A stretch of DNA of 64,000 bases from a virus (taxonomy: Duplodnaviria > Heunggongvirae > Uroviricota > Caudoviricetes): IMG/VR virus record IMGVR_UViG_3300035034_002381, positions 1-64,000 of that record. One strand, written 5' to 3'. The stretch's first letter is position 1. Each line of letters opens with the position of its first letter. Below are positions 49,797 to 59,827 of the stretch, in pieces. The notes under the pieces are model-generated. The model was given only the letters and a program-made list of their open reading frames with translations. It ran no database searches and had not been told where the DNA came from. A program made the position numbers and the translations under genes.

Positions 49797-50012
49797 ATGA
49801 ACAGAAAAGATCGTAGAAATGCAGAAAGAAGCATGGGTTTATTAAAAGAGAATAGTAAAAAATCTTGGAGTGCCAGAAAAGAAATCTATGACAGAAAACG
49901 TAAGATTGGTAAAAAAATTCATAATGAGAATGTAGAACGTATCCATAATCAACAATTAGAAGAAGAGGATAGAAAGTACACCCAGCGAATGATTGATAAT
50001 ACAGAAGTCTAA
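49797..50012 (+). CDS. small basic protein
   Basis: 71-aa Arg/Lys-rich ORF. Confidence 0.55.
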   Translation: MNRKDRRNAERSMGLLKENSKKSWSARKEIYDRKRKIGKKIHNENVERIHNQQLEEEDRKYTQRMIDNTEV

Positions 50013-50015
50013 AAT

Positions 50016-50456
50016 ATGCAACTTAAAGATAAAAAAATTTATGTAACAACATTAAAAAAATCTAAACTTAGAAATAAATTTCTAAACTTCAGATTTTACT
50101 ATTTCATATCAGTCCCAGATATTATCAAGGAGTTAGGTGAAGACCCAGAAAATCTTACTGATCGAGGTATTTTTCTAGTTAATAATAAGATTGTTGAAGA
50201 TATTCATAATTGTTTAAAAAGAAAAAAGTATATGGCCATCATATATTCGAATCCTGATTTAAATTATGAAGCAATTAAGAATCTACAAGAAAAATACGCT
50301 GAACATGAAAATATTCTCAGCATATCATTCTTAGATTATAAAAATAAACCAGAAAATGTGGATCTTTGGCAATTATTCGAAGAAGTCATATTCTTTCCAG
50401 AAATGACAAAGAAAAAAATCATTGAATGTAAATCTATTCAAATAGAAGATATATAA
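50016..50456 (+). CDS. hypothetical protein
   Basis: 146-aa ORF. Confidence 0.6.
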   Translation: MQLKDKKIYVTTLKKSKLRNKFLNFRFYYFISVPDIIKELGEDPENLTDRGIFLVNNKIVEDIHNCLKRKKYMAIIYSNPDLNYEAIKNLQEKYAEHENILSISFLDYKNKPENVDLWQLFEEVIFFPEMTKKKIIECKSIQIEDI

Positions 50457-50462
50457 TTCATA

Positions 50463-51734
50463 ATGGCAATAAACTTTCCAATACCTACAGTCGTAGGACA
50501 GATTTATACAAGCGGTGCAAATTCATGGGAGTGGACAGGTCAAGCTTGGAAGGGACTTGGTACTGTTTTACCTGGACCTACAGGCCCTCCTGGGCCTAGC
50601 GAGTACATTCCGCCACCTAGAATTCCTACTATAGAATTAGGAGTTAGAAAGGCTATAAGAGAACTTGGTGAATTTGATAGCATTATGTACAGAATTCCTG
50701 AGATAGATTTTTATACAGAATTTCAAGCTTATAATCCTAAAATATTTCTATTCAGAAAAAACTTTAATAACAAGAGAAAATATGAAACAGATCCAAATGG
50801 TATAGGCACTACTATAAGAACTAATAGAAATGGATCATTCGGACGACCTAAACATATATTTGAATCTAGGAATCCAAATATTGTTAAACAGGCGGCAAAA
50901 AGATTTACTATTTTTGAATGTGATACTAATTTTACTCCATCTTGGGGCGATTCTTTTCCAGAACAAATCCAATTAGTCAATAGTGATTTTACAACGGCAG
51001 TAAATGTTGATGAATGGTTGGTTGATGGTGGAGTACTTGTTACAGGCACTGGAATATTTGTTGATAATAAGGAGACTTTTGAAACACCCGCTATTTCATT
51101 ACCAGCGTACGTAGATAATAACTCTAGAACTAAATTTTCTATACCTATAAAATTTTCAAGTATTCAAGATACAATTGAAATTATAGTTGAAGATGCAAAT
51201 TCTAACGAGATTTCTAGATATCAGATAGTTGAAGTGTTACTAGATACCTTTTATATACCGCTGTTTAATACTGGTGTGAATAATCCTGCCTTTGATATGT
51301 CAGAAATTAAGATTTATCTTAACGCTGATGGTGGATCTTTTGTAATTGAAAAGATTGGTCAACATCCTGATTTTCAAATAGGTAATGTTCCAGATACAAA
51401 TATGTATCAATGGAAAGATATGTTATTATTACCTGAACTAATTCCGTCCGATGCGTTCACTGTATCTAATCCAACATATAATTCAGGAGAACCCTCAAAC
51501 ACACAATTTTTCGATTCAAGCAAAATTGTGTGTGATTGGTATACTAGAGATCCTGGAGTTAGATGGTTATCTACATCAAGTAATGGTTCAAAACAATTTT
51601 TTAAATTTGCGATCGGAATAGAATATCAAAACAAATTATATTATGGACCAAAATCACCAGAGACTCTAGTATGTGAGTATAAAAGAGCTGACGGAATTGA
51701 TGATAATGCTCCTATAGCATTAAATATAAAATAA
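50463..51734 (+). CDS. tail fibre / receptor-binding-like structural protein
   Basis: N-terminus FPIPTVVGQIYTSGANSWEWTGQAWKG followed by the collagen-like GPTGPPGPS is typical of phage fibre N-termini. Confidence 0.55.
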   Translation: MAINFPIPTVVGQIYTSGANSWEWTGQAWKGLGTVLPGPTGPPGPSEYIPPPRIPTIELGVRKAIRELGEFDSIMYRIPEIDFYTEFQAYNPKIFLFRKNFNNKRKYETDPNGIGTTIRTNRNGSFGRPKHIFESRNPNIVKQAAKRFTIFECDTNFTPSWGDSFPEQIQLVNSDFTTAVNVDEWLVDGGVLVTGTGIFVDNKETFETPAISLPAYVDNNSRTKFSIPIKFSSIQDTIEIIVEDANSNEISRYQIVEVLLDTFYIPLFNTGVNNPAFDMSEIKIYLNADGGSFVIEKIGQHPDFQIGNVPDTNMYQWKDMLLLPELIPSDAFTVSNPTYNSGEPSNTQFFDSSKIVCDWYTRDPGVRWLSTSSNGSKQFFKFAIGIEYQNKLYYGPKSPETLVCEYKRADGIDDNAPIALNIK

Positions 51735-51740
51735 GAAATT

Positions 51741-51860
51741 AAAAATATTGGGTGGTTATTATATAGAACAAAAATATTGACCTATTACTATACGAAGCAA
51801 AACTTATTGGTTCGTTATTATACCGCCCAAAACTATTGAATAGTGTCTGTCACTTAAAGA
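51741..51860. repeat. four degenerate 29-30-nt direct repeats (iteron-like)
   Basis: each unit starts AAAA(A/C)T(T)ATTG and carries TTATTA(T)ATA-like cores, starting at 51741, 51770, 51799 and 51829; ends in hairpin agtgtct/agacact. Confidence 0.6.
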
Positions 51861-52005
51861 CACTTCCAAAATTGGGAAGCTTGAACCGAGTTAATTCTTT
51901 TTTTCCTCGAGAAAATTTCTTTTTAGAAAATTTTAGTCTTTCTTTCTTTTCTTTGCCAGGTTCCATACCCGAACTAAAGGAAGTATCATGTTTTTCTTCT
52001 GGCAT
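51850..52005 (-). CDS. possible small basic protein (only plausible minus-strand gene)
   Basis: 51-aa ORF MPEEKHDTSFSSGMEPGKEKKERLKFSKKKFSRGKKELTRFKLPNFGSVFK in an otherwise non-coding gap. Confidence 0.3.
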   Translation of the reverse strand: MPEEKHDTSFSSGMEPGKEKKERLKFSKKKFSRGKKELTRFKLPNFGSVFK

Positions 52006-52052
52006 ATGATTTATGATTAATTTAAGATATATATCTTAAATACACAGATTTA

Positions 52053-53924
52053 ATGGCAAACCCAAATTTTTCAGCCACCAGAAATATAACTAATGAGGTC
52101 GACCTTAATTCTCAAGAAGCACAAAATACTCTTGATAATTCTTCTGACCCAAGTGCACCAAGTTCACTTAATGAATCCAGATTAACCAATGATTCAAATA
52201 TTGGTAAAGGTGGTCCATATTCAAATCCAGGTAGAGCAAGTGGCGGGTGGCCTAATTTCAGAAGACCAGGCGAAGAGCCCGACGATATTGCAGCAATTGG
52301 TGCCGACAGTCTTATCGGAATGCCCTTTCCCGATGATGAAGGTGGTAACGGCTATACCATAACTGCGTTAAAAAGAGGACCAGATTCTACAGGAAACTTG
52401 AACGGTTTCGCCGATCCAAGAACATTTATTGATCGACCAGGTGAACAACCTTGGTATAATACTGATGGTGTAAATGCCAGAGAACCATTAACATCCGAAA
52501 TTATTAAATGGGCTCAAAACGGCCAAGGCAGTAGTGAAGGTGGCGGTCGGAACAAAAGGCCATATAAATACACTGATTTTGTTTTCGCGAAATATTGGAA
52601 CAAAATTCCAAATAACTATATGATGACTTTACGTAGGTTTCCATATCCTGTATTTGATAATTTGCAATTTCCTGGAGAGAATGGTGGTGAAGATGTATCT
52701 CCACAAAAATACTACGCGCCTATAGCACAGGCTATAACTTATATGGGAGATGAAACTGAAAACAAACTTTCGAATATAGTTTCGTTTGATGCGGGATTAC
52801 CTCATAGCGAATTAAAGGCGGAAGTCCATGAGATAACTGGTCAAAATCCAGGGGCTGGGTCTGGTCCAGGAGGCGGATTAGCTAGGGTTTTAGGAATACT
52901 TTCTGGTGAAGCAAATGCACAGACAATCATTCGAAATGGAGAAGCAGTAGATCCTTATACAAATGGACCATATATGAATAGAGTACAAGGTCCATTAAAT
53001 AGAATAGATTCAGTTAATCGAAGAGATCCAGGCCTAACGTTTGATCAAAAATTTGAATTAAAGTTTCATTATGTAGCTAGACCGATTGGTGGATCTAATA
53101 CCAAGGCAGTAATGTTAGATATATTGGCTAATTTACTTACGTTAACATATGCTGAAGCCTCATTTTGGGGAGGATCACATAGATTTACAGGCGGAAGGCC
53201 TGCTTATCCGTTTTTAGGTGGTGCTGCTGGAACAAACGCTTTATTCCAAGGTGATATGGGCGGGTTTTATGATGCACTAACAAATCAAATTGCTGACGCG
53301 GGAGCAAATATTTCCAGTATATTCGATTCATTATTGTCTGGAGATCCAATCGAAGGTCTTAAAAATTTAGCTGCTGGTGGTGCCAAATTAGGAATTTCTG
53401 CTCTAATGGCAGGTAAAAGGCCGATGGCTTGGCAATTACCTGCTTTACTTACGGGTAATCCAGTGGGAGAATGGCATCTGACTGTGGGTAATCCATTAAA
53501 TCCAATTATGGAAATTGGTAATTTGGTATGTACAAATATTAAAATAGAGTTTGGTGATGAGATGGGTCCTGATGACTTTCCACTTGAAATGACCGCTACA
53601 ATTTCACTTGATCATGGAATGCCTAGAGATAAAGCTTCGATTGAATCTATGTTTAACCGCGGAGGTGGGAAAATTTATTATGTACCGGATGAATACCAGT
53701 TTGGTACTGGGAAAAATAGTCTTAATGGTACTTCTGTGGATGCGGCCTCATCTCGAGATGCTACAGAACAAGGACAAACTGTTCATCAACGAACTTCTTC
53801 ACAGAGAAATGTAGAAGAAATCGATAGATTAATTACTAACGGAAAAAGAGATGTATCAGCAGTCTCTAAAAATTTATTAGAAACAGCCAAAATGGTTACT
53901 GGTTATGGGACTAATCAAGTCTAA
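52053..53924 (+). CDS. virion structural protein (baseplate/tail module)
   Basis: 623-aa Gly/Pro-rich ORF at the head of an overlapping structural operon. Confidence 0.55.
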   Translation: MANPNFSATRNITNEVDLNSQEAQNTLDNSSDPSAPSSLNESRLTNDSNIGKGGPYSNPGRASGGWPNFRRPGEEPDDIAAIGADSLIGMPFPDDEGGNGYTITALKRGPDSTGNLNGFADPRTFIDRPGEQPWYNTDGVNAREPLTSEIIKWAQNGQGSSEGGGRNKRPYKYTDFVFAKYWNKIPNNYMMTLRRFPYPVFDNLQFPGENGGEDVSPQKYYAPIAQAITYMGDETENKLSNIVSFDAGLPHSELKAEVHEITGQNPGAGSGPGGGLARVLGILSGEANAQTIIRNGEAVDPYTNGPYMNRVQGPLNRIDSVNRRDPGLTFDQKFELKFHYVARPIGGSNTKAVMLDILANLLTLTYAEASFWGGSHRFTGGRPAYPFLGGAAGTNALFQGDMGGFYDALTNQIADAGANISSIFDSLLSGDPIEGLKNLAAGGAKLGISALMAGKRPMAWQLPALLTGNPVGEWHLTVGNPLNPIMEIGNLVCTNIKIEFGDEMGPDDFPLEMTATISLDHGMPRDKASIESMFNRGGGKIYYVPDEYQFGTGKNSLNGTSVDAASSRDATEQGQTVHQRTSSQRNVEEIDRLITNGKRDVSAVSKNLLETAKMVTGYGTNQV

Positions 53925-54637
53925 TGAAATTAGAAAAAACTATAGATAATAAGAGGGTTTTTGAAAAACCTAATGGCGATCAAGTAATTGATTTGACTCA
54001 ACAAAATTATAATCCGGCGAATTTTACAAAAATCATAGATTATATCATAGTAAGTCAAGATTTGGCTATGCGCCCGGATTTAATTTCTATTGCAGCTTAT
54101 CGAGATATATCCGCGACTGATCTTATAATGAAACAGAATGCCATATCTAATCCTTTTTCGATTGATGAAGGTGAAATAATTTTTATTCAAGAAAGGAGAG
54201 AAATAAATCGCCAGTTTAAAGATGTTGGTCGAATAGCAGATAAAAATAGAGTACGTACACAATATATTGATTCTGATAAAGCACCTGGAATCGATGACAA
54301 TTTAGAAAAATTCAATATTAGACAAAAACCTAAACCTGGCATCAATAAACCAGTAGCTTTACCACCTAATTTTGCTAATTTTGGAGATGAAGAAATTAAA
54401 TTTAGAGGTGGAAAAGTCGTATTTGGAGAAGATATTACAGACAATAAAGAAGTTTGTGAGGAAGAAACATTATCAAAATCAGAGTTTTTGAAAAGACTTT
54501 CCAAAAATAGAATGACGAATACAAATAGAAGATCGATTGAGACTGCACAATCAACTTTTAGAACAGATCAGAACAATATTGATAACCCACCAAATAATGG
54601 AAATTTTAGAAATGGTGGTACTGAAGGAGGTAGATAA
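53924..54637 (+). CDS. LysM-like (tail protein X-like) structural protein
   Basis: DYIIVSQDLAMRPDLISIAAYRDISATDLIMKQNAISNPFSIDEGEIIFI resembles a LysM fold; TAATG coupling. Confidence 0.4.
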   Translation: MKLEKTIDNKRVFEKPNGDQVIDLTQQNYNPANFTKIIDYIIVSQDLAMRPDLISIAAYRDISATDLIMKQNAISNPFSIDEGEIIFIQERREINRQFKDVGRIADKNRVRTQYIDSDKAPGIDDNLEKFNIRQKPKPGINKPVALPPNFANFGDEEIKFRGGKVVFGEDITDNKEVCEEETLSKSEFLKRLSKNRMTNTNRRSIETAQSTFRTDQNNIDNPPNNGNFRNGGTEGGR

Positions 54638-56094
54638 TGGCACAAGAAGAAAAAAGTATAATACGTTCATTATTAGAACCAACAATTGCTTTAGATGAAC
54701 TTTCATTTGCGGATGTCGAAGAAGGTACAAATTCGGGTAATTTTAGAGGAGATAAAGTCCAAAAAACAATAGGTAATTTATTTCCTATGATAGTTATTAA
54801 CGACTATATTATTTCTGAGGAAGAGCTTGAAAGAATGACAATCGACACTACTGGATTTATTCCATTAATTACGATAAAAATGGTTTTGTCTCAAACGTCA
54901 ACATTTGTATCCAAAGCAATGCCCAAAGATGGTGATTTAATGAATGTCTTTGTACGAGCAAGATCAAACGAATTTAAACCTATACGCAATGATTATCTAA
55001 TCACAAACGTTTCAACATCTAAAAGTGTAACTCCTGACGGACATGGAATGTCTATTATTATAGGAGGCGAATTATTTATACCCAATTTATATGATGAAAG
55101 AATAGTTGCTAAGAATGGTTCTTCGTATGAGGCTATAAAAGAAATTGCGCAAGACTTAGGTTTAGGATTTGCGTCAAACGAATCTTTTACAGCTGACGAA
55201 CAAACATGGTTATGTGGTAACAATTCATATTATAATTTTATCCATCATATTACAGATTCTTCTTGGAAAAATGAAAATTCTTTTTTCCAATGCTTTATTG
55301 ATATCTATTATCATTTAAATTTTGTGAATGTGAACAATCAATTCAGTGATCAAGTTAGAATAGATGACGCGCTGGTCGATACGTTATTTTCACAAGATAC
55401 ATTAGAAGGAGAAGAAATAGCATTGACTATTGACCGTAAAGTATTCACAAATATTACTGATAAACAGGGAACACCCATGTGGATTAAGAAATATGCTATG
55501 ATTAACCAATCATCTGATTTGGCCAAAAAATATGGTTATAAAATGCATTGTGAGTTTTTTGAACAAAATACATTAGAGAAATGGGATATTTTTTCAGAAC
55601 CATTAATTGTAGAAAGTTCAGAAAATAACAAAATTCTATTAAAAGGTAGACCTAATGAGGATTTTTATAAAACTCAGATTAAAAAGAGATGGGCAGGTCT
55701 GCAATATTCATTACCCGAACATAATGTACATGATAAATATTTGTATGCACAAATTAATAATCTTATGAACAATACTGAGCTGAAAAAATTACAGCTCAAA
55801 ATTGAAGTACCTAGAGCAAATTTCAATATTTATCGGGGAGAGCGGGTGCCTTGTGTACTTATTTCAGTTGGTGATCCTAGGAAAACTCCGTATTTACAAG
55901 GAGAACAAGAATTGTCCGAAGGCGGAGATTTGTCATCACCGACTGCACCTGTTCTTGATAAATTTTTAAGCGGATACTATATGATTCAGGGTATGGTATT
56001 TTCTTACAAAACAAGAAATCCTGATTTACCGGAAGATCGAGCATTTTTCTCGGAGGATATTATACTTTCTAGAAGGGTTTGGCCTGTACCGTGA
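54637..56094 (+). CDS. baseplate hub-like structural protein
   Basis: 485-aa ORF between the LysM-like and spike genes; position-based call. Confidence 0.4.
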   Translation: MAQEEKSIIRSLLEPTIALDELSFADVEEGTNSGNFRGDKVQKTIGNLFPMIVINDYIISEEELERMTIDTTGFIPLITIKMVLSQTSTFVSKAMPKDGDLMNVFVRARSNEFKPIRNDYLITNVSTSKSVTPDGHGMSIIIGGELFIPNLYDERIVAKNGSSYEAIKEIAQDLGLGFASNESFTADEQTWLCGNNSYYNFIHHITDSSWKNENSFFQCFIDIYYHLNFVNVNNQFSDQVRIDDALVDTLFSQDTLEGEEIALTIDRKVFTNITDKQGTPMWIKKYAMINQSSDLAKKYGYKMHCEFFEQNTLEKWDIFSEPLIVESSENNKILLKGRPNEDFYKTQIKKRWAGLQYSLPEHNVHDKYLYAQINNLMNNTELKKLQLKIEVPRANFNIYRGERVPCVLISVGDPRKTPYLQGEQELSEGGDLSSPTAPVLDKFLSGYYMIQGMVFSYKTRNPDLPEDRAFFSEDIILSRRVWPVP

Positions 56095-56104
56095 TATATA
56101 ACTT

Positions 56105-59023
56105 ATGTCAGCAAATACTAAATATCTAAAAAGAAAGCATGTTTCTAAATTTTTGCAATCTGCACAATTTTTAGGAAAAAGAGGTGTCCTACATAATGAT
56201 TATGACGAACCTACATACGTTGGGTTCTGGGTAGAATTTGATTTTGTTGGCCCTTCATTAGATGATCCTGCGCTGATTAATTATAATCGGATGCCTAATG
56301 GACTTTTAGGTACTGAAAATGGTACATATTCGGCTGAAAAATATCTTAGAAGCATCAACGAGGATCGTAAGGCTGATATGATTAATGCGTTTAATAAACT
56401 TCTTCGAGATATTTCTAAAGAAACTCCGGATGCAATAGCATCAATATCGGGTTTGGATTCTCTGTATAAATTAGATCCGACAAAAAGTTGGAGAGCATCA
56501 GAAGCTGAAATTACATTGAATTTTGAAGAATCTATAGATAATCGCATCAACGCACTGTTTGATCTTTATCGCCAGGGTGCATTCGATGCGTCATTTATGC
56601 GTTGGGCATTACCGGATATTCATAGGTTTTTTAAAATGAATATTTATGTTACAGAGTTTAGAGCTTTCCATGTACCAAGAGGTAATAACGAAAGAGCAAC
56701 ACTAGAAGAAAATGAAGACTTTATAGATATAGGAGATCAAAATAGATCAGGTAAAAGTTTTTTGAATCAACAAGTTGATGGATACAAAACACAATTCAAT
56801 AATATCAGTGATTCAATTAATGAAAGAACTGCTACAGGACCTGATGGTAAAAGTCGTCTAGCAAGTGAAGTGAGTTCAGGATCATTTTTCAGTGCACAAA
56901 CGTCTGATGATATTTCAACTAACGATTATTTTTTGAAGGTTCTCGATAAGAATCTCACGATATTAAAATTTGAACTTGGTGACTGTGAAATTGTTTTACC
57001 TGAACTTGCACCTTCGTGGACACAAGAAATATCAAATCAAATTCATGGAGAATCTTTAACAGCAGCAATGAAGATAAAAATTGGTAATATTTGTGAGGTT
57101 AATGAATATTCAGCTTTAGGTGCTAGCTTATTTCAAGGTTTAGATAATTTAAGTGATTACGTTTTATCCTGTAAATTCAAAACACAGAAAACTGATATTG
57201 ATAAATATTTCGAAATTTTAGGTGATAGTTCTAAATCTACTGCGGACAGTGTCTATTCTGACGTTAATTATCCTTATGGTAAAGGACATTTAACAAACAG
57301 TGATAATGAAATTTTTAAAGGCATAGGCGAAAGATTGTTAGAAAATTCATTTACATTATTAGAATCTACTATACAAAATGCAGTGAGTGAAGAAGTTAAT
57401 GGTGTGTTTTTAGGAAATGTTTATAATTTTTCTGCTGCAAGTGCATTCAGAAGCTTATCAGCTGATCCAAGAGCAATTGGTGCATCACTTTCACAGATTA
57501 TTAATAACGCAAATGGGTCTGAGAATGGTGGAGAAATTCTAAACAACATTAACCTAGAAATCACAAGGGCACCAGACTTAATCAAAAATAATCCTAAACT
57601 TGAATTAAATTTTTCAGAAACTAGAGATCAGAATCCTGGAAGCGCAGATATTGAATCTGTTGACCCACAGGAACAAGACCCGGGAAATTCTGGCTTGACA
57701 CAAGTCGAAATTAATGAGTCTTCACCAGGTAACATTGGATTATTAAGCACACCCACCAATCCAGGTAATCCAGGATCAATAGATTTAAGAATACCAGAAA
57801 AAGCTCAGGCAAATCAAGAAAATGTAGATTTAAATTCTCCAGATTCTCCACAAGCCTCTCCACAAAACGCAGATCTAAATTTTACAGAGCCTCAGAATCA
57901 GAGTACAGGAAATATAGAATTAACACAAGTACCAAACTCTGAAGCTGACACGGGTAACATCGGATTATCCGATGTTCCAGTAAATGACATAAGTGAGCTT
58001 GGAAATCAAGATCTAAACTTTAGAGAGACTACAGACGAAAATCCAGGTAATGTTGATTTAGACGAAATTAGTATATCAGAAGGAAATTTAAGTAATGTTG
58101 GTTTAGACATTAATGAAGTGCAATCAGATACAGAAGATAATGTTGATTTAAATTATCCACCAATAAATGATGCTGATCAAAATAATGTACAACTCACACA
58201 AGTCGAGTCCTCTAATGATCAACCTAATAATGTTGGAATAGATTTTTCTGAATCTACTGATACAAATTTAGATAATCTCGAATTGAATTATCCATCAAAA
58301 TCTACAACCAAAGAAGAAAACGTGGGTTTAGATAATGTAGAAATAAAATCAGACAGACCTACAAATGTTGGTTTGGAAATTGATGAAAACATTAATGAAA
58401 CTGACAAAAACGTAGATCTCAATTATGTTAATAACAAATCTAGTGTTGACGAAAATATCAATTTATCTGAGGTCGAATTAAAATCAAAAAGACCACAATC
58501 TGTTGATTTAAAATTTAATACTAATCCTGAAGCTGAAAATGATAACGTAGACTTAGATTATCCTAAGAAGATTAATAAGGAAAATGAACCAGTTGAAAAT
58601 ATTTCATTATCCGAAGTTAATGATCCTAAAAATACTGTAAATAACGTTGACATTAATTATATAGAACAAAAGAAAAAGGAAAGACCTACAAAAATAGAAA
58701 TAGATGGTGATTATCTTAGAAAGGAAGCGCTAGGTAAAATTGAATTAAAAGGACAAGAATCAACAGGAAAAATTGACACGAAAGTAAATGTCAGTTATCC
58801 ACAAAAAGATAAGAATGAGCCTGGCAATTCCGGTATTGAATATGAATACACAACCGAGAAGGATGTTATAGGAAATACACAAGAAGAATCACCAGAAAAT
58901 GAGACTAATTTAGATAACAAAAACGCAGGTTTAAAATATAGAGATCATAAAACTTTTCCAAAAGAAGGAACAGAAATTCAGTCAACAAAACCTATTAAAA
59001 AGCCTAAGCGCAAAAACGAATAA
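56105..59023 (+). CDS. large structural protein with a highly repetitive acidic C-terminal half
   Basis: 972 aa; from about aa 500 roughly 25 degenerate 12-16-aa units of the type x-N-[VI]-[DG]-L-[ND]-[YF]... Confidence 0.6.
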   Translation: MSANTKYLKRKHVSKFLQSAQFLGKRGVLHNDYDEPTYVGFWVEFDFVGPSLDDPALINYNRMPNGLLGTENGTYSAEKYLRSINEDRKADMINAFNKLLRDISKETPDAIASISGLDSLYKLDPTKSWRASEAEITLNFEESIDNRINALFDLYRQGAFDASFMRWALPDIHRFFKMNIYVTEFRAFHVPRGNNERATLEENEDFIDIGDQNRSGKSFLNQQVDGYKTQFNNISDSINERTATGPDGKSRLASEVSSGSFFSAQTSDDISTNDYFLKVLDKNLTILKFELGDCEIVLPELAPSWTQEISNQIHGESLTAAMKIKIGNICEVNEYSALGASLFQGLDNLSDYVLSCKFKTQKTDIDKYFEILGDSSKSTADSVYSDVNYPYGKGHLTNSDNEIFKGIGERLLENSFTLLESTIQNAVSEEVNGVFLGNVYNFSAASAFRSLSADPRAIGASLSQIINNANGSENGGEILNNINLEITRAPDLIKNNPKLELNFSETRDQNPGSADIESVDPQEQDPGNSGLTQVEINESSPGNIGLLSTPTNPGNPGSIDLRIPEKAQANQENVDLNSPDSPQASPQNADLNFTEPQNQSTGNIELTQVPNSEADTGNIGLSDVPVNDISELGNQDLNFRETTDENPGNVDLDEISISEGNLSNVGLDINEVQSDTEDNVDLNYPPINDADQNNVQLTQVESSNDQPNNVGIDFSESTDTNLDNLELNYPSKSTTKEENVGLDNVEIKSDRPTNVGLEIDENINETDKNVDLNYVNNKSSVDENINLSEVELKSKRPQSVDLKFNTNPEAENDNVDLDYPKKINKENEPVENISLSEVNDPKNTVNNVDINYIEQKKKERPTKIEIDGDYLRKEALGKIELKGQESTGKIDTKVNVSYPQKDKNEPGNSGIEYEYTTEKDVIGNTQEESPENETNLDNKNAGLKYRDHKTFPKEGTEIQSTKPIKKPKRKNE
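57600..58830 (+). repeat. degenerate in-frame repeat array (NVDLNYP-type units)
   Basis: e.g. ENVDLNSP, QNADLNFT, GNIELTQV, GNIGLSDV, NQDLNFRE, GNVDLDEI, SNVGLDIN, DNVDLNYP, NNVQLTQV, NNVGIDFS, DNLELNYP, ENVGLDNV, TNVGLEID, KNVDLNYV, ENINLSEV, QSVDLKFN, DNVDLDYP, NNVDINYI. Confidence 0.8.
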
Positions 59024-59025
59024 AT

Positions 59026-59817
59026 ATGAGTACTAAAAACCAAGAAAAAAGATTATTATCCCAAGATCTTAAAGAGAAAAATTGGATTGGTGAAGTAGTA
59101 GAAAACGATGATCCCGAAATAGAATTCAGATGTAAAATAAAAGTCTTTGGACTATTTGATGATTTAGAAACAGATTCTATTCCCTGGGCATTTCCTGCTA
59201 ATCAAGGAATTTTTGCGTCTGAAGCGGGTGGTGCAGGTAGTGGTTCAGTTCCAAAAATCGGTACTTTACTCAAGGTGACTTTTGAAAATGGAGATATATA
59301 TTCTCCTATGTATCATGCAATACAAAATATTAACCCAGCACTTAAAGAAGAGATTAGAGATGATTATCTTGGATCACATGTGATTGCATATGATGAAGAT
59401 GCAGATTTAAAGATTTTATACCAACCTGATACCGGAATAAAAATCCATCTCAGAGATTCCCATGTTACAATTAATCCTGATGAAAGCATTACAATAGAAC
59501 ATAGGGATTCTTTAAGTATCATAGAACTTGTAGGCGATACAGTGAATGTAGTTACACAGAATAGAATAGAAATGACAGCAGATACGGATATTATTGCGAC
59601 TGCACCACAAGCTACTATTAATGGTACACAAAGAACTACGTTAGGTCCATTAGGTAATTTTGGTGCAGTAGGTTCTGAACCTTTATGGGCATTTCTAAAA
59701 AGTTTAGCAGCCGTAGTTGATGCTAAATGGCCTCCAACACCAGGTATTAATGCTGCAGCTGCAGCGGCAGGAGAAGTAGCAAGTACATCACTCAACAATA
59801 AAGTCTCAGTTCCGTAA
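59026..59817 (+). CDS. baseplate central spike protein (gp5/gpV/VgrG-type OB-fold)
   Basis: IGEVVENDDPEIEFRCKIKVFGLFDD...IPWAFPA...GSVPKIGTLLKVTFENGDIYSPMY is the classic gpV/gp5 N-terminal OB pattern. Confidence 0.7.
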   Translation: MSTKNQEKRLLSQDLKEKNWIGEVVENDDPEIEFRCKIKVFGLFDDLETDSIPWAFPANQGIFASEAGGAGSGSVPKIGTLLKVTFENGDIYSPMYHAIQNINPALKEEIRDDYLGSHVIAYDEDADLKILYQPDTGIKIHLRDSHVTINPDESITIEHRDSLSIIELVGDTVNVVTQNRIEMTADTDIIATAPQATINGTQRTTLGPLGNFGAVGSEPLWAFLKSLAAVVDAKWPPTPGINAAAAAAGEVASTSLNNKVSVP

Positions 59818-59827
59818 AAAATAAAAA

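Noticed and set aside
51741-51860. Possible CRISPR array
   Set aside because: The repeats are degenerate and directly abutting, with no unique spacers, and there are only four units. This is more consistent with iterons or binding sites.
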